Below, piece after piece: positions 28,001 through 40,602 of a stretch of 64,000 nucleotides of DNA. The notes beneath the pieces were generated by a model. It worked only from the letters and a program-made list of their open reading frames with translations. It was not told the DNA's origin and searched no databases. Within the stretch, counting starts at the first letter, position 1, and the number at the start of each line of letters is the position of its first letter. A program made the position numbers and the translations under genes. The stretch is from Eledone cirrhosa. Lineage: Eukaryota. The stretch covers positions 32,550,001-32,614,000 of the forward strand of contig OZ024755.1 in assembly GCA_964016885.1 (NCBI GenBank). The letters run 5' to 3'.

Positions 28001-31000
28001 GATGGGAATGGAGCCAGTGATGAATGTTGTGAAGAGAAATGGAATGAGATGGTTGGGTCATGTGTTGAGGAAGGATGAAAGTGCGTGGGTGTGAGGAGTG
28101 ATGGGAATGGAGCCAGTGATGAATGTTGTGAAGAGAAATGGAATGAGATGGTTGGGTCATGTGTTGAGGAAGGATGAAAGTGCGTGGGTGTGAGGAGTGA
28201 TGGGAATGGAGCCAGTGATGAATGTTGTGAAGAGAAATGGAATGAGATGGTTGGGTCATGTGTTGAGGAAGGATGAAAGTGAGTGGGTGTGAGGAGTGAT
28301 GGGAATGGAGCCAGTGATGAATGTTGTGAAGAGAAATGGAATGAGATGGTTGGGTCATGTGTTGAGGAAGGATGAAAGTGCGTGGGTGTGAGGAGTGATG
28401 GGAATGGAGCCAGTGATGAATGTTGTGAAGAGAAATGGAATGAGATGGTTGGGTCATGTGTTGAGGAAGGATGAAAGTGCGTGGGTGTGAGGAGTGATGG
28501 GAATGGAGCCAGTGATGAATGTTGTGAAGAGAAATGGAATGAGATGGTTGGGTCATGTGTTGAGGAAGGATGAAAGTGAGTGGGTGTGAGGAGTGATGGG
28601 AATGGAGCCAGTGATGAATGTTGTGAAGAGAAATGGAATGAGATGGTTGGGTCATGTGTTGAGGAAGGACGAAAGTGAGTGGGTGTGAGGAGTGATGGGA
28701 ATGGAGCCAGTGATGAATGTTGTGAAGAGAAATGGACTGAGATGGTTGGGTCATGTGTTGAGGAAGGACGAAAGTGCGTGGGTGTGAGGAGTGATGGGAA
28801 TGGAGCCAGTGATGAATGTTGTGAAGAGAAATGGACTGAGATGGTTGGGTCATGTGTTGAGGAAGGATGAAAGTGCGTGGGTGTGAGGAGTGATGGGAAT
28901 GGAGCCAGTGATGAATGTTGTGAAGAGAAATGGGCTGAGATGGTTGGGTCATGTGTTGAGGAAGGATGAAAGTACGTGGGTGTGAGGAGTGATGGGAATG
29001 GAGCCAGTGATGAATGTTGTGAAGAGAAATGGACTGAGATGGTTGGGTCATGTGTTGAGGAAGGACGAAAGTGCGTGGGTGTGAGGAGTGATGGGAATGG
29101 AGCCAGTGATGAATGTTGTGAAGAGAAATGGAATGAGATGGTTGGGTCATGTGTTGAGGAAGGATGAAAGTACGTGGGTGTGAGGAGTGATGGGAATGGA
29201 GCCAGTGATGAATGTTGTGAAGAGAAATGGGCTGAGATGGTTGGGTCATGTGTTGAGGAAGGACGAAAGTGCGTGGGTGTGAGGAGTGATGGGAATGGAG
29301 CCAGTGATGAATGTTGTGAAGAGAAATGGAATGAGATGGTTGGGTCATGTGTTGAGGAAGGACGAAAGTGCGTGGGTGTGAGGAGTGATGGGAATGGAGC
29401 CAGTGATGAATGTTGTGAAGAGAAATGGACTGAGATGGTTGGGTCATGTGTTGAGGAAGGATGAAAGTGAGTGGGTGTGAGGAGTGATGGGAATGGAGCC
29501 AGTGATGAATGTTGTGAAGAGAAATGGACTGAGATGGTTGGGTCATGTGTTGAGGAAGGATGAAAGTGAGTGGGTGTGAGGAGTGATGGGAATGGAGCCA
29601 GTGATGAATGTTGTGAAGAGAAATGGACTGAGATGGTTGGGTCATGTGTTGAGGAAGGATGAAAGTGAGTGGGTGTGAGGAGTGATGGGAATGGAGCTAG
29701 TGATGAATGTTGTGAAGAGAAATGGACTGAGATGGTTGGGTCATGTGTTGAGGAAGGATGAAAGTGAGTGGATGTGAGGAGTGATGGGAATGGAGCCAGT
29801 GATGAATGTTGTGAAGAGAAATGGACTGAGATGGTTGGGTCATGTGTTGAGGAAGGATGAAAGTGAGTGGATGTGAGGAGTGATGGGAATGGAGCTAGTG
29901 ATGAATGTTGTGAAGAGAAATGGACTGAGATGGTTGGGTCATGTGTTGAGGAAGGATGAAAGTGAGTGGATGTGAGGAGTGATGGGAATGGAGCCAGTGA
30001 TGAATGTTGTGAAGAGAAATGGAATGAGATGGTTGGGTCATGTGTTGAGGAAGGACGAAAGTGCGTGGGTGTGAGGAGTGATGGGAATGGAGCCAGTGAT
30101 GAATGTTGTGAAGAGAAATGGAATGAGATGGTTGGGTCATGTGTTGAGGAAGGATGAAAGTGCGTGGGTGTGAGGAGTGATGGGAATGGAGCCAGTGATG
30201 AATGTTGTGAAGAGAAATGGAATGAGATGGTTGGGTCATGTGTTGAGGAAGGATGAAAGTGCGTGGGTGTGAGGAGTGATGGGAATGGAGCCAGTGATGA
30301 ATGTTGTGAAGAGAAATGGAATGAGATGGTTGGGTCATGTGTTGAGGAAGGATGAAAGTGCGTGGGTGTGAGGAGTGATGGGAATGGAGCCAGTGATGAA
30401 TGTTGTGAAGAGAAATGGAATGAGATGGTTGGGTCATGTGTTGAGGAAGGATGAAAGTGCGTGGGTGTGAGGAGTGATGGGAATGGAGCCAGTGATGAAT
30501 GTTGTGAAGAGAAATGGAATGAGATGGTTGGGTCATGTGTTGAGGAAGGATGAAAGTGAGTGGGTGTGAGGAGTGATGGGAATGGAGCCAGTGATGAATG
30601 TTGTGAAGAGAAATGGAATGAGATGGTTGGGTCATGTGTTGAGGAAGGATGAAAGTGAGTGGGTGTGAGGAGTGATGAGAATGGAGCCAGTGATGAATGT
30701 TGTGAAGAGAAATGGAATGAGATGGTTGGGTCATGTGTTGAGGAAGGATGAAAGTGCGTGGGTGTGAGGAGTGATGGGAATGGAGCCAGTGATGAATGTT
30801 GTGAAGAGAAATGGAATGAGATGGTTGGGTCATGTGTTGAGGAAGGATGAAAGTGCGTGGGTGTGAGGAGTGATGGGAATGGAGCCAGTGATGAATGTTG
30901 TGAAGAGAAATGGAATGAGATGGTTGGGTCATGTGTTGAGGAAGGATGAAAGTGCGTGGGTGTGAGGAGTGATGGGAATGGAGCCAGTGATGAATGTTGT

Positions 31001-34000
31001 GAAGAGAAATGGAATGAGATGGTTGGGTCATGTGTTGAGGAAGGATGAAAGTGCGTGGGTGTGAGGAGTGATGGGAATGGAGCCAGTGATGAATGTTGTG
31101 AAGAGAAATGGAATGAGATGGTTGGGTCATGTGTTGAGGAAGGATGAAAGTGCGTGGGTGTGAGGAGTGATGGGAATGGAGCCAGTGATGAATGTTGTGA
31201 AGAGAAATGGAATGAGATGGTTGGGTCATGTGTTGAGGAAGGATGAAAGTGAGTGGGTGTGAGGAGTGATGGGAATGGAGCCAGTGATGAATGTTGTGAA
31301 GAGAAATGGAATGAGATGGTTGGGTCATGTGTTGAGGAAGGACGAAAGTGCGTGGGTGTGAGGAGTGATGGGAATGGAGCCAGTGATGAATGTTGTGAAG
31401 AGAAATGGAATGAGATGGTTGGGTCATGTGTTGAGGAAGGATGAAAGTGCGTGGGTGTGAGGAGTGATGGGAATGGAGCCAGTGATGAATGTTGTGAAGA
31501 GAAATGGAATGAGATGGTTGGGTCATGTGTTGAGGAAGGATGAAAGTGCGTGGGTGTGAGGAGTGATGGGAATGGAGCCAGTGATGAATGTTGTGAAGAG
31601 AAATGGAATGAGATGGTTGGGTCATGTGTTGAGGAAGGATGAAAGTGCGTGGGTGTGAGGAGTGATGGGAATGGAGCCAGTGATGAATGTTGTGAAGAGA
31701 AATGGAATGAGATGGTTGGGTCATGTGTTGAGGAAGGATGAAAGTGCGTGGGTGTGAGGAGTGATGGGAATGGAGCCAGTGATGAATGTTGTGAAGAGAA
31801 ATGGAATGAGATGGTTGGGTCATGTGTTGAGGAAGGATGAAAGTGCGTGGGTGTGAGGAGTGATGGGAATGGAGCCAGTGATGAATGTTGTGAAGAGAAA
31901 TGGAATGAGATGGTTGGGTCATGTGTTGAGGAAGGATGAAAGTGAGTGGGTGTGAGGAGTGATGGGAATGGAGCCAGTGATGAATGTTGTGAAGAGAAAT
32001 GGAATGAGATGGTTGGGTCATGTGTTGAGGAAGGACGAAAGTGCGTGGGTGTGAGGAGTGATGGGAATGGAGCCAGTGATGAATGTTGTGAAGAGAAATG
32101 GAATGAGATGGTTGGGTCATGTGTTGAGGAAGGATGAAAGTGCGTGGGTGTGAGGAGTGATGGGAATGGAGCCAGTGATGAATGTTGTGAAGAGAAATGG
32201 AATGAGATGGTTGGGTCATGTGTTGAGGAAGGATGAAAGTGCGTGGGTGTGAGGAGTGATGGGAATGGAGCCAGTGATGAATGTTGTGAAGAGAAATGGA
32301 ATGAGATGGTTGGGTCATGTGTTGAGGAAGGATGAAAGTGAGTGGGTGTGAGGAGTGATGGGAATGGAGCCAGTGATGAATGTTGTGAAGAGAAATGGAA
32401 TGAGATGGTTGGGTCATGTGTTGAGGAAGGATGAAAGTGCGTGGGTGTGAGGAGTGATGGGAATGGAGCCAGTGATGAATGTTGTGAAGAGAAATGGAAT
32501 GAGATGGTTGGGTCATGTGTTGAGGAAGGATGAAAGTGCGTGGGTGTGAGGAGTGATGGGAATGGAGCCAGTGATGAATGTTGTGAAGAGAAATGGAATG
32601 AGATGGTTGGGTCATGTGTTGAGGAAGGATGAAAGTGAGTGGGTGTGAGGAGTGATGGGAATGGAGCCAGTGATGAATGTTGTGAAGAGAAATGGAATGA
32701 GATGGTTGGGTCATGTGTTGAGGAAGGACGAAAGTGAGTGGGTGTGAGGAGTGATGGGAATGGAGCCAGTGATGAATGTTGTGAAGAGAAATGGACTGAG
32801 ATGGTTGGGTCATGTGTTGAGGAAGGACGAAAGTGCGTGGGTGTGAGGAGTGATGGGAATGGAGCCAGTGATGAATGTTGTGAAGAGAAATGGACTGAGA
32901 TGGTTGGGTCATGTGTTGAGGAAGGATGAAAGTGCGTGGGTGTGAGGAGTGATGGGAATGGAGCCAGTGATGAATGTTGTGAAGAGAAATGGGCTGAGAT
33001 GGTTGGGTCATGTGTTGAGGAAGGATGAAAGTACGTGGGTGTGAGGAGTGATGGGAATGGAGCCAGTGATGAATGTTGTGAAGAGAAATGGACTGAGATG
33101 GTTGGGTCATGTGTTGAGGAAGGACGAAAGTGCGTGGGTGTGAGGAGTGATGGGAATGGAGCCAGTGATGAATGTTGTGAAGAGAAATGGAATGAGATGG
33201 TTGGGTCATGTGTTGAGGAAGGATGAAAGTACGTGGGTGTGAGGAGTGATGGGAATGGAGCCAGTGATGAATGTTGTGAAGAGAAATGGGCTGAGATGGT
33301 TGGGTCATGTGTTGAGGAAGGACGAAAGTGCGTGGGTGTGAGGAGTGATGGGAATGGAGCCAGTGATGAATGTTGTGAAGAGAAATGGAATGAGATGGTT
33401 GGGTCATGTGTTGAGGAAGGACGAAAGTGCGTGGGTGTGAGGAGTGATGGGAATGGAGCCAGTGATGAATGTTGTGAAGAGAAATGGACTGAGATGGTTG
33501 GGTCATGTGTTGAGGAAGGATGAAAGTGAGTGGGTGTGAGGAGTGATGGGAATGGAGCCAGTGATGAATGTTGTGAAGAGAAATGGACTGAGATGGTTGG
33601 GTCATGTGTTGAGGAAGGATGAAAGTGAGTGGGTGTGAGGAGTGATGGGAATGGAGCCAGTGATGAATGTTGTGAAGAGAAATGGACTGAGATGGTTGGG
33701 TCATGTGTTGAGGAAGGATGAAAGTGAGTGGGTGTGAGGAGTGATGGGAATGGAGCTAGTGATGAATGTTGTGAAGAGAAATGGACTGAGATGGTTGGGT
33801 CATGTGTTGAGGAAGGATGAAAGTGAGTGGATGTGAGGAGTGATGGGAATGGAGCCAGTGATGAATGTTGTGAAGAGAAATGGACTGAGATGGTTGGGTC
33901 ATGTGTTGAGGAAGGATGAAAGTGAGTGGATGTGAGGAGTGATGGGAATGGAGCTAGTGATGAATGTTGTGAAGAGAAATGGACTGAGATGGTTGGGTCA

Positions 34001-35706
34001 TGTGTTGAGGAAGGATGAAAGTGAGTGGATGTGAGGAGTGATGGGAATGGAGCCAGTGATGAATGTTGTGAAGAGAAATGGAATGAGATGGTTGGGTCAT
34101 GTGTTGAGGAAGGACGAAAGTGCGTGGGTGTGAGGAGTGATGGGAATGGAGCCAGTGATGAATGTTGTGAAGAGAAATGGACTGAGATGGTTGGGTCATG
34201 TGTTGAGGAAGGATGAAAGTGAGTGGGTGTGAGGAGTGATGGGAATGGAGCCAGTGATGAATGTTGTGAAGAGAAATGGACTGAGATGGTTGGGTCATGT
34301 GTTGAGGAAGGATGAAAGTGAGTGGGTGTGAGGAGTGATGGGAATGGAGCTAGTGATGAATGTTGTGAAGAGAAATGGACTGAGATGGTTGGGTCATGTG
34401 TTGAGGAAGGATGAAAGTGAGTGGATGTGAGGAGTGATGGGAATGGAGCCAGTGATGAATGTTGTGAAGAGAAATGGACTGAGATGGTTGGGTCATGTGT
34501 TGAGGAAGGATGAAAGTGAGTGGATGTGAGGAGTGATGGGAATGGAGCTAGTGATGAATGTTGTGAAGAGAAATGGACTGAGATGGTTGGGTCATGTGTT
34601 GAGGAAGGATGAAAGTGAGTGGATGTGAGGAGTGATGGGAATGGAGCCAGTGATGAATGTTGTGAAGAGAAATGGAATGAGATGGTTGGGTCATGTGTTG
34701 AGGAAGGACGAAAGTGCGTGGGTGTGAGGAGTGATGGGAATGGAGCCAGTGATGAATGTTGTGAAGAGAAATGGACTGAGATGGTTGGGTCATGTGTTGA
34801 GGAAGGATGAAAGTGAGTGGGTGTGAGGAGTGATGGGAATGGAGCCAGTGATGAATGTTGTGAAGAGAAATGGACTGAGATGGTTGGGTCATGTGTTGAG
34901 GAAGGATGAAAGTGAGTGGGTGTGAGGAGTGATGGGAATGGAGCTAGTGATGAATGTTGTGAAGAGAAATGGACTGAGATGGTTGGGTCATGTGTTGAGG
35001 AAGGATGAAAGTGAGTGGATGTGAGGAGTGATGGGAATGGAGCCAGTGATGAATGTTGTGAAGAGAAATGGACTGAGATGGTTGGGTCATGTGTTGAGGA
35101 AGGATGAAAGTGAGTGGATGTGAGGAGTGATGGGAATGGAGCTAGTGATGAATGTTGTGAAGAGAAATGGACTGAGATGGTTGGGTCATGTGTTGAGGAA
35201 GGATGAAAGTGAGTGGATGTGAGGAGTGATGGGAATGGAGCCAGTGATGAATGTTGTGAAGAGAAATGGAATGAGATGGTTGGGTCATGTGTTGAGGAAG
35301 GACGAAAGTGAGTGGGTGTGAGGAGTGATGGGAATAGAGCCAGTGATGAATGTTGTGAAGAGAAATGGACTGAGATGGTTGGGTCATGTGTTGAGGAAGG
35401 ACGAAAGTGCGTGGGTGTGAGGAATGATGGGAATGGAGCCAGTGATGAATGTTGTGAAGAGAAATGGAATGAGATGGTTGGGTCATGTGTTGAGGAAGGA
35501 TGAAAGTGAGTGGATGTGAGGAGTGATGGGAATGGAGCTAGTGATGAATGTTGTGAAGAGAAATGGACTGAGATGGTTGGGTCATGTGTTGAGGAAGGAT
35601 GAAAATGCATGGGTGTGAGGAGTGATGGGAATGGAGCCAGTGATGAATGTTGTGAAGAGAAATGGACTGAGATGGTTGGGTCATGTGTTGAGGAAGGACG
35701 AAAGTG
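25063..35706 (+). repeat. ~107 x 99-bp satellite derived from the RTE ORF2 RWLGHVLR segment
   Basis: Unit reads *GVMGMEPVMNVVKRNG(M/L)RWLGHVLRKDES(E/A)WV on +; no indels evident from ORF periodicity. Confidence 0.97.
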
Positions 35707-35915
35707 ACAGGGTGAGAGAAGTAATAGAAATGAATATGGAAGGAAGTAAAGAGCAGAAAAGACCGCAAAAGACATGGTTAAAAATGATAGAGGAGAAAAT
35801 GAAAACCAGGGGATGGCAAGAAGGGTATACCTGATTGAGAAAAGTGGAGAAGCTCGTCATGGAGCCCCTAAGGTTACCTCTTGCTTTAGCTGGGATGATC
35901 ACCTTAAAATGCCTG
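35707..35915 (+). pseudogene. Degenerate RTE ORF2 C-terminus, right flank of the satellite
   Basis: DRVREVIEMNMEGSKEQKRPQKTWLKMIEEKMK corresponds to RTE ..EVDGNRRVGKPKMTWDEVIKADL. Confidence 0.8.
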
Positions 35916-36039
35916 TTTATTTTATTTAAAGTAGAATAGGTACTTCTTAAAAGTTTAGCTAAATCTTGAAGGGAAAATAGGAAATGCATTAGAAATACAG
36001 CTGTCATTGTAAGTGTGACAGTTGCTAGTGATAATAAAA

Positions 36040-36660
36040 TAATAATAATGAAAATTATTGTGTACAGTGTTCAGGTGCACTACAACTCATCAAATGTGCA
36101 TGTATAGTACATAGAATAATTGTTTGTACTTTAGGCACAAGGCCAGCAATTACCCAGTACATTACTGGTACTTTATTTTATCGACCCCGTAAGGATGAAA
36201 GGCAAAGTTAACCTCAGCGGGATTTAAACTCAAACCGTAAAGGGACGTAACTATGCTAGAAAGCATGGCGTCCAACCCTCTACCGATACTGCCAATTATG
36301 AAAATTATTGTGTACAGTGCTCAGGTGCACTACAACTAATCAAAGGTGCATGTATAGTACATAGAATAATGTACAAATGTCAGGAAAGTGAACAGTGTAT
36401 GAGTCATGATATACACACAGATACATGCATGCGTGTGTGTGTATGGAGGGGGAATATCAGGTGTAGTGATGGCAAATTTCAGGAAGCATAGAGGTTTTAA
36501 AGGATGCAGTGTCTCGACAGCTAACAACTGATGCAGGGAGTTTGTTCCATGTTTCAGCAACTCTGAGTGGAAAAAAATGTTTCTGAAGCCATGGGAGCTG
36601 TGTTGTTTTGACCCTGTAAGCATGTCCACGTGCATTAGACATGGAATTCAAAAAGATGCT
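36040..36660 (-). mobile_element. CR1-like LINE 3' end with a SINE A inserted at 36117-36296
   Basis: ORF 36457-36738 RGHAYRVK...FFPLRVAETWNKLPASVVSCRDTASFK is a typical CR1/Jockey-group RT C-terminus. Confidence 0.8.
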
Positions 36661-37918
36661 CAGGGTTGTTGTTGGCAAGATGGTTTTCGTTATCTGAACT
36701 ACTACTGCCAACATTGCCACTAACATCAGTGCCATCAAACCAATTAGAGTTCTCTACATGGTAAATGAACATGCTAGAAATAGGAGCCACATCTCTCCTG
36801 AAATCTTTCTTTAAAAATAAAGCATAGATTGTATAATGTAGTCCTAGATTGATTAGGTGTGAAAAAAAAGGTAGGATGATGGTTGGATCGTCTTTGATCA
36901 TAGGTCTAAGGAATCTTGACTAACCTGGAACTAAATAACATCTTTACTTTCATCATTGCCATTACCTCCCCTTAATGTTGTTATTGAAATAATCCTTCAC
37001 CTCCCTATTACTACAATTAAGACTTATTGTTAGTATTAACAACACCATCTGACTCCACAGTCACCTCCACCATCACCACTGATATCACCGCCAAAACCAC
37101 ATCTCCACCACCACCAATATCCCCAACATCATAACCATCACCACCACCACAATCAACCCCCCCCCCAGCCACAACCACCTTTACTATTCCCCCCCCTATC
37201 ACCAATACCCCCAATATCACCACCCTACAACTGTCGCCAATACCCCCAACATCACAACCACTCCACCCTACCACCATCACCCTGCCACCGACCACACCCC
37301 AGCCCCACCATCACCCGCTACCACCATCATCATCATCATTGCCATCATGATTCAACATAATTTGTCTATATTTTGTTTGTTTTTTTCCAATATTTGTGTG
37401 TTTTAGAGAAATCCATTCAACCAGACTTTGGAATTATATATAGAGTCTTGTACAATACTGATTATACAATGTCACAAATGTTGCTGATAGAATGACAAAA
37501 TATGGTTTAAAGCTGACACCTAGTGTCATTGCAGAAATAAATGAATGTCACATACAAGAAAAGTAATGGAACCAAACAAAAAAGATATCTATTTAGTAAT
37601 GGAAAACTTGTTTCTATAGCTGCTTCACTATGCATACAAACTGAATCATCATAATTTTCATAGTGTTAGTATATATTTATATATATATATATCATCATCA
37701 TCATCATCTTCGTTTAACGTCCATTTTCCACACTAGCATGGGTTAGGCAGGAGTTGTCCCACTTGAGGCAAGGTTGGTCGGGTGACCGTGTCTCACTCAT
37801 ATAGAACTATCTGGCAGGTTTTCTATGGCTGGATGCCCTTCCTAACACCAACCACATTTACAGTGTGGAACTGGGAACTTTTTACCGTGTTACCTACACG
37901 ACCACATTACAGCGTGGA

Positions 37919-37980
<62 letters not shown>

Positions 37981-38094
37981 GTATATATATATATATATAT
38001 TAGTTTTGTGAGGTTTTTGATGTGAAATCGTGTGTCGAAACAAATATTGTTATACTTGGGGAGGGTCATATTGTTGTAATAATATTGCCAGAAA

Positions 38095-38284
38095 TAATTG
38101 TTTCTACTTTAGGCACAAGGCCAGCAATTATCCAGTGCATTACTGGTACTTTATTTTATCGACCCCGTAAGGATGAAAGGCAAAGTCAACCTCGGCGGGA
38201 TTTGAACTCAGATCATAAAGGGACGTAACTATGCTTGAAAGCATGGCGTCCGACCCTCTACCGATACTGCCAATCCACCGCCCT
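38095..38284 (-). mobile_element. Full SINE family A copy with 10-bp TSD
   Basis: TSD cagaaataat at 38089-38098 and 38285-38294. Confidence 0.85.
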
Positions 38285-38437
38285 CAGAAATAATAACAGA
38301 ACACACTCACTGTTTTGGTTGGTTTTCGCTCCTGTATCTTTTATATCTCCATAGTTAATTTATTTGGCAATCAATGTTTATCATTGACTGACCATCGGTT
38401 AAAAAATATAGATATAAATATATATATATATATAGTC

Positions 38438-38481
38438 TAACAAAGTTCTTTCGTTGCACATCTGAAACATCATCAGTGGTA
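38438..38481 (-). ncRNA. Degenerate minimal hammerhead at the 3' end of the Penelope-like remnant
   Basis: tacca-CUGAUGA-tgtttcagatgtgcaac-GAAA-gaac-UU-tgtta; adjacent to (AT)n. Confidence 0.45.
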
Positions 38482-38757
38482 CTATCATCATGTTCCCTCC
38501 TACTGCGTTGCATTGTAATGTTTATGCCATTTTAATTTTATTTATTTATTTTTGTCTCCGTCTTTGCACATGTGTTTGTGTGTCTGTATGTTTGGTGTGT
38601 GTGTTCGCGTTTGTGTGTATGTGTTTTGGTTTCTGTGTTCTATTTTTGTTTACTATTGTGTGTTTATATGTGTTTGTTGTTATTGTACTTGTGCATATAT
38701 TTATTTATTTATATTTCCCTTAAGCCAGTATTGTTTGTTTGGGTATGGTTGTTGTTG

Positions 38758-39094
38758 TTATTCCATTCATTTTTTCTGTTTAACTTTGGCCTTCTAAGCT
38801 CTATTTCGCTCTGATTTGTCTACCTGTTGGGTCATTTCTATGTTTAGATATTATTTTAATTTCTGTTGTCTATATTACTGTCATGTCTTTGTCTGGCATG
38901 TTCGTATAGTACTGAACCGTTTTTTTTTTTTGTCCTTTTAATTCCCCCCAGTCTATTCTTTCTCCTATGCTTCGAGCTGTCTCACTTATGTATGTCGTTG
39001 TCATGTTTCTGCAAGAACCCTCTCTACATCTTATGCTATAGATTACATTACAAGTTTTACAGTTTATCTGGGGTTCACTTTTCATATAACACAT
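38758..39094 (-). pseudogene. Penelope-like element GIY-YIG endonuclease remnant (frameshifted)
   Basis: INCKTCNVIYSIRCREGSCRNMTTTYISETARSIGERI matches the PLE pattern CxxxNVIYxIxC..C..YIGETxRxLxxR; downstream frames give YEHARQRH, KHRNDPTGRQI and IELRRPKLNRKNEW. Confidence 0.8.
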
Positions 39095-39761
39095 TTCCTA
39101 TTAGTACAGTGGGTTCAAATCCCGCCGAGGTTAACTTTGCCTTTCATCCTTAAGGGGTCGATAAAATAAAGTACCAGTAATGCACTGGGATAATTGCTGG
39201 CCTTGTGCCTAAAGTAGAAACAATTATTATTGTTATTATCAAACAACCAGTTTTCATCTGCTTTATATATTTGTAATTATTGAAGAGTTAAGTATAATTT
39301 CCATGCACTGAAGAGCAGATATTGATTAAACAGGAACAATTGCAGTCATATTTCTTAAGATTTCGGGCAAAACAACCCTTATCGTATTGTAATCATTTGT
39401 TATTCAAATGCCTTTTGGTCTCAAGTTGATCTCATTTTTGACATAGTTGTTAGAATTTGCATTGATCATCAACAGGTTGCATTGCCAAAAGATACACACA
39501 CACACATACACACATATATATATATATATCACCATCATCATCATCATTGACACTTAACATCCACTTTCCCTGCTGGCTGTATATTAGTGTGTGAGCATAA
39601 ATAAATAAATATATATATATATTATATACATATGTAATGATGTAATGAAATAAACTGATGTTGAATATATAATACCAACCCCTCCACCTTTTCTTAATAT
39701 ATATATATACATATAAATATATATATATTTAAAAGAATATAGGTGTAACACACGAGTTATG

Positions 39762-39842
39762 ATATATTGGTAAATGGAAAAGAAAATGCTGACAAATTGT
39801 TCCCTGGGAACAATTTGTCAGCATTTTCTTTTCCGTTTACCA

Positions 39843-39848
<6 letters not shown>
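39762..39848. repeat. Near-perfect palindrome, 43-bp arms, 1-nt centre
   Basis: atatattggtaaatggaaaagaaaatgctgacaaattgttccc-t-gggaacaatttgtcagc...ccaatatat. Confidence 0.92.
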
Positions 39849-39886
<38 letters not shown>

Positions 39887-39905
39887 TGTATATATATACA
39901 TATAT

Positions 39906-40003
39906 ATATACAATGATATTAAATAAATGGAAACTATATTTATAAAACCATATTTATAAATATTTATAAATATAGTTTCCATTTATTTAATATCATTGTA
40001 TAT
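39906..40003. repeat. Inverted repeat, ~41-bp arms
   Basis: atacaatgatattaaataaatggaaactatatttataaa / tttataaatatagtttccatttatttaatatcattgtat. Confidence 0.9.
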
Positions 40004-40090
40004 TTACTCCAGTAATCTGCTGTGTGCTCTAAATCAGTTATAAACATTTATGTTTGTCGGACTTCCAACAAATTAAATACCACTTCTACT

Positions 40091-40122
<32 letters not shown>

Positions 40123-40177
40123 CAAACACACACACTCACGCAAACATACACACACACTCACCTACACCCCCCCCCCA

Positions 40178-40521
40178 TCATCATCATCATCATCATCATT
40201 TTACGTCCGCTTTTCCCTGCTTGCAAGGGTGTGACGGGAACTGATGCTGGCTTGATTTCTACAGCTGGATGCCCTTCCTAACACCAACCTCATTTACAGT
40301 GAGTACTGGGTGCTTTTTTGCCGTGGCGCCTACACGATCGCTTTGCAGTGGAATGATAGGGACCCCAGTCCCTATCATCTCATTTCTACAGCTGAGTAAA
40401 CTGGAGCAATGTGAAATAAAGTGTCTTGCTCAAGGAAACAACACATCACCCGGTCTGAGAATTTAACTCACAACCTTTCGATTGCAAGGCCAGTGCTTTA
40501 ACCACTAAGCCATGTGCCTTC
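40178..40521 (-). mobile_element. Full CORE-type SINE with RTE tail
   Basis: Reverse complement of the 17922 element. Confidence 0.85.
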
Positions 40522-40553
<32 letters not shown>

Positions 40554-40561
40554 ATATATAC

Positions 40562-40602
<41 letters not shown>

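Noticed and set aside
25143-33704. 1500-aa and 1269-aa MTQPSHSISLHNIHHW ORFs
   Set aside because: Alternative frame of the same satellite, broken by the gct variant; no independent evidence
39305-39390. tgca-CTGAAGA...tgca and cgataaggg..cccgaaa hammerhead-like relics
   Set aside because: Too degenerate; GAAA/UH or CUGANGA incomplete
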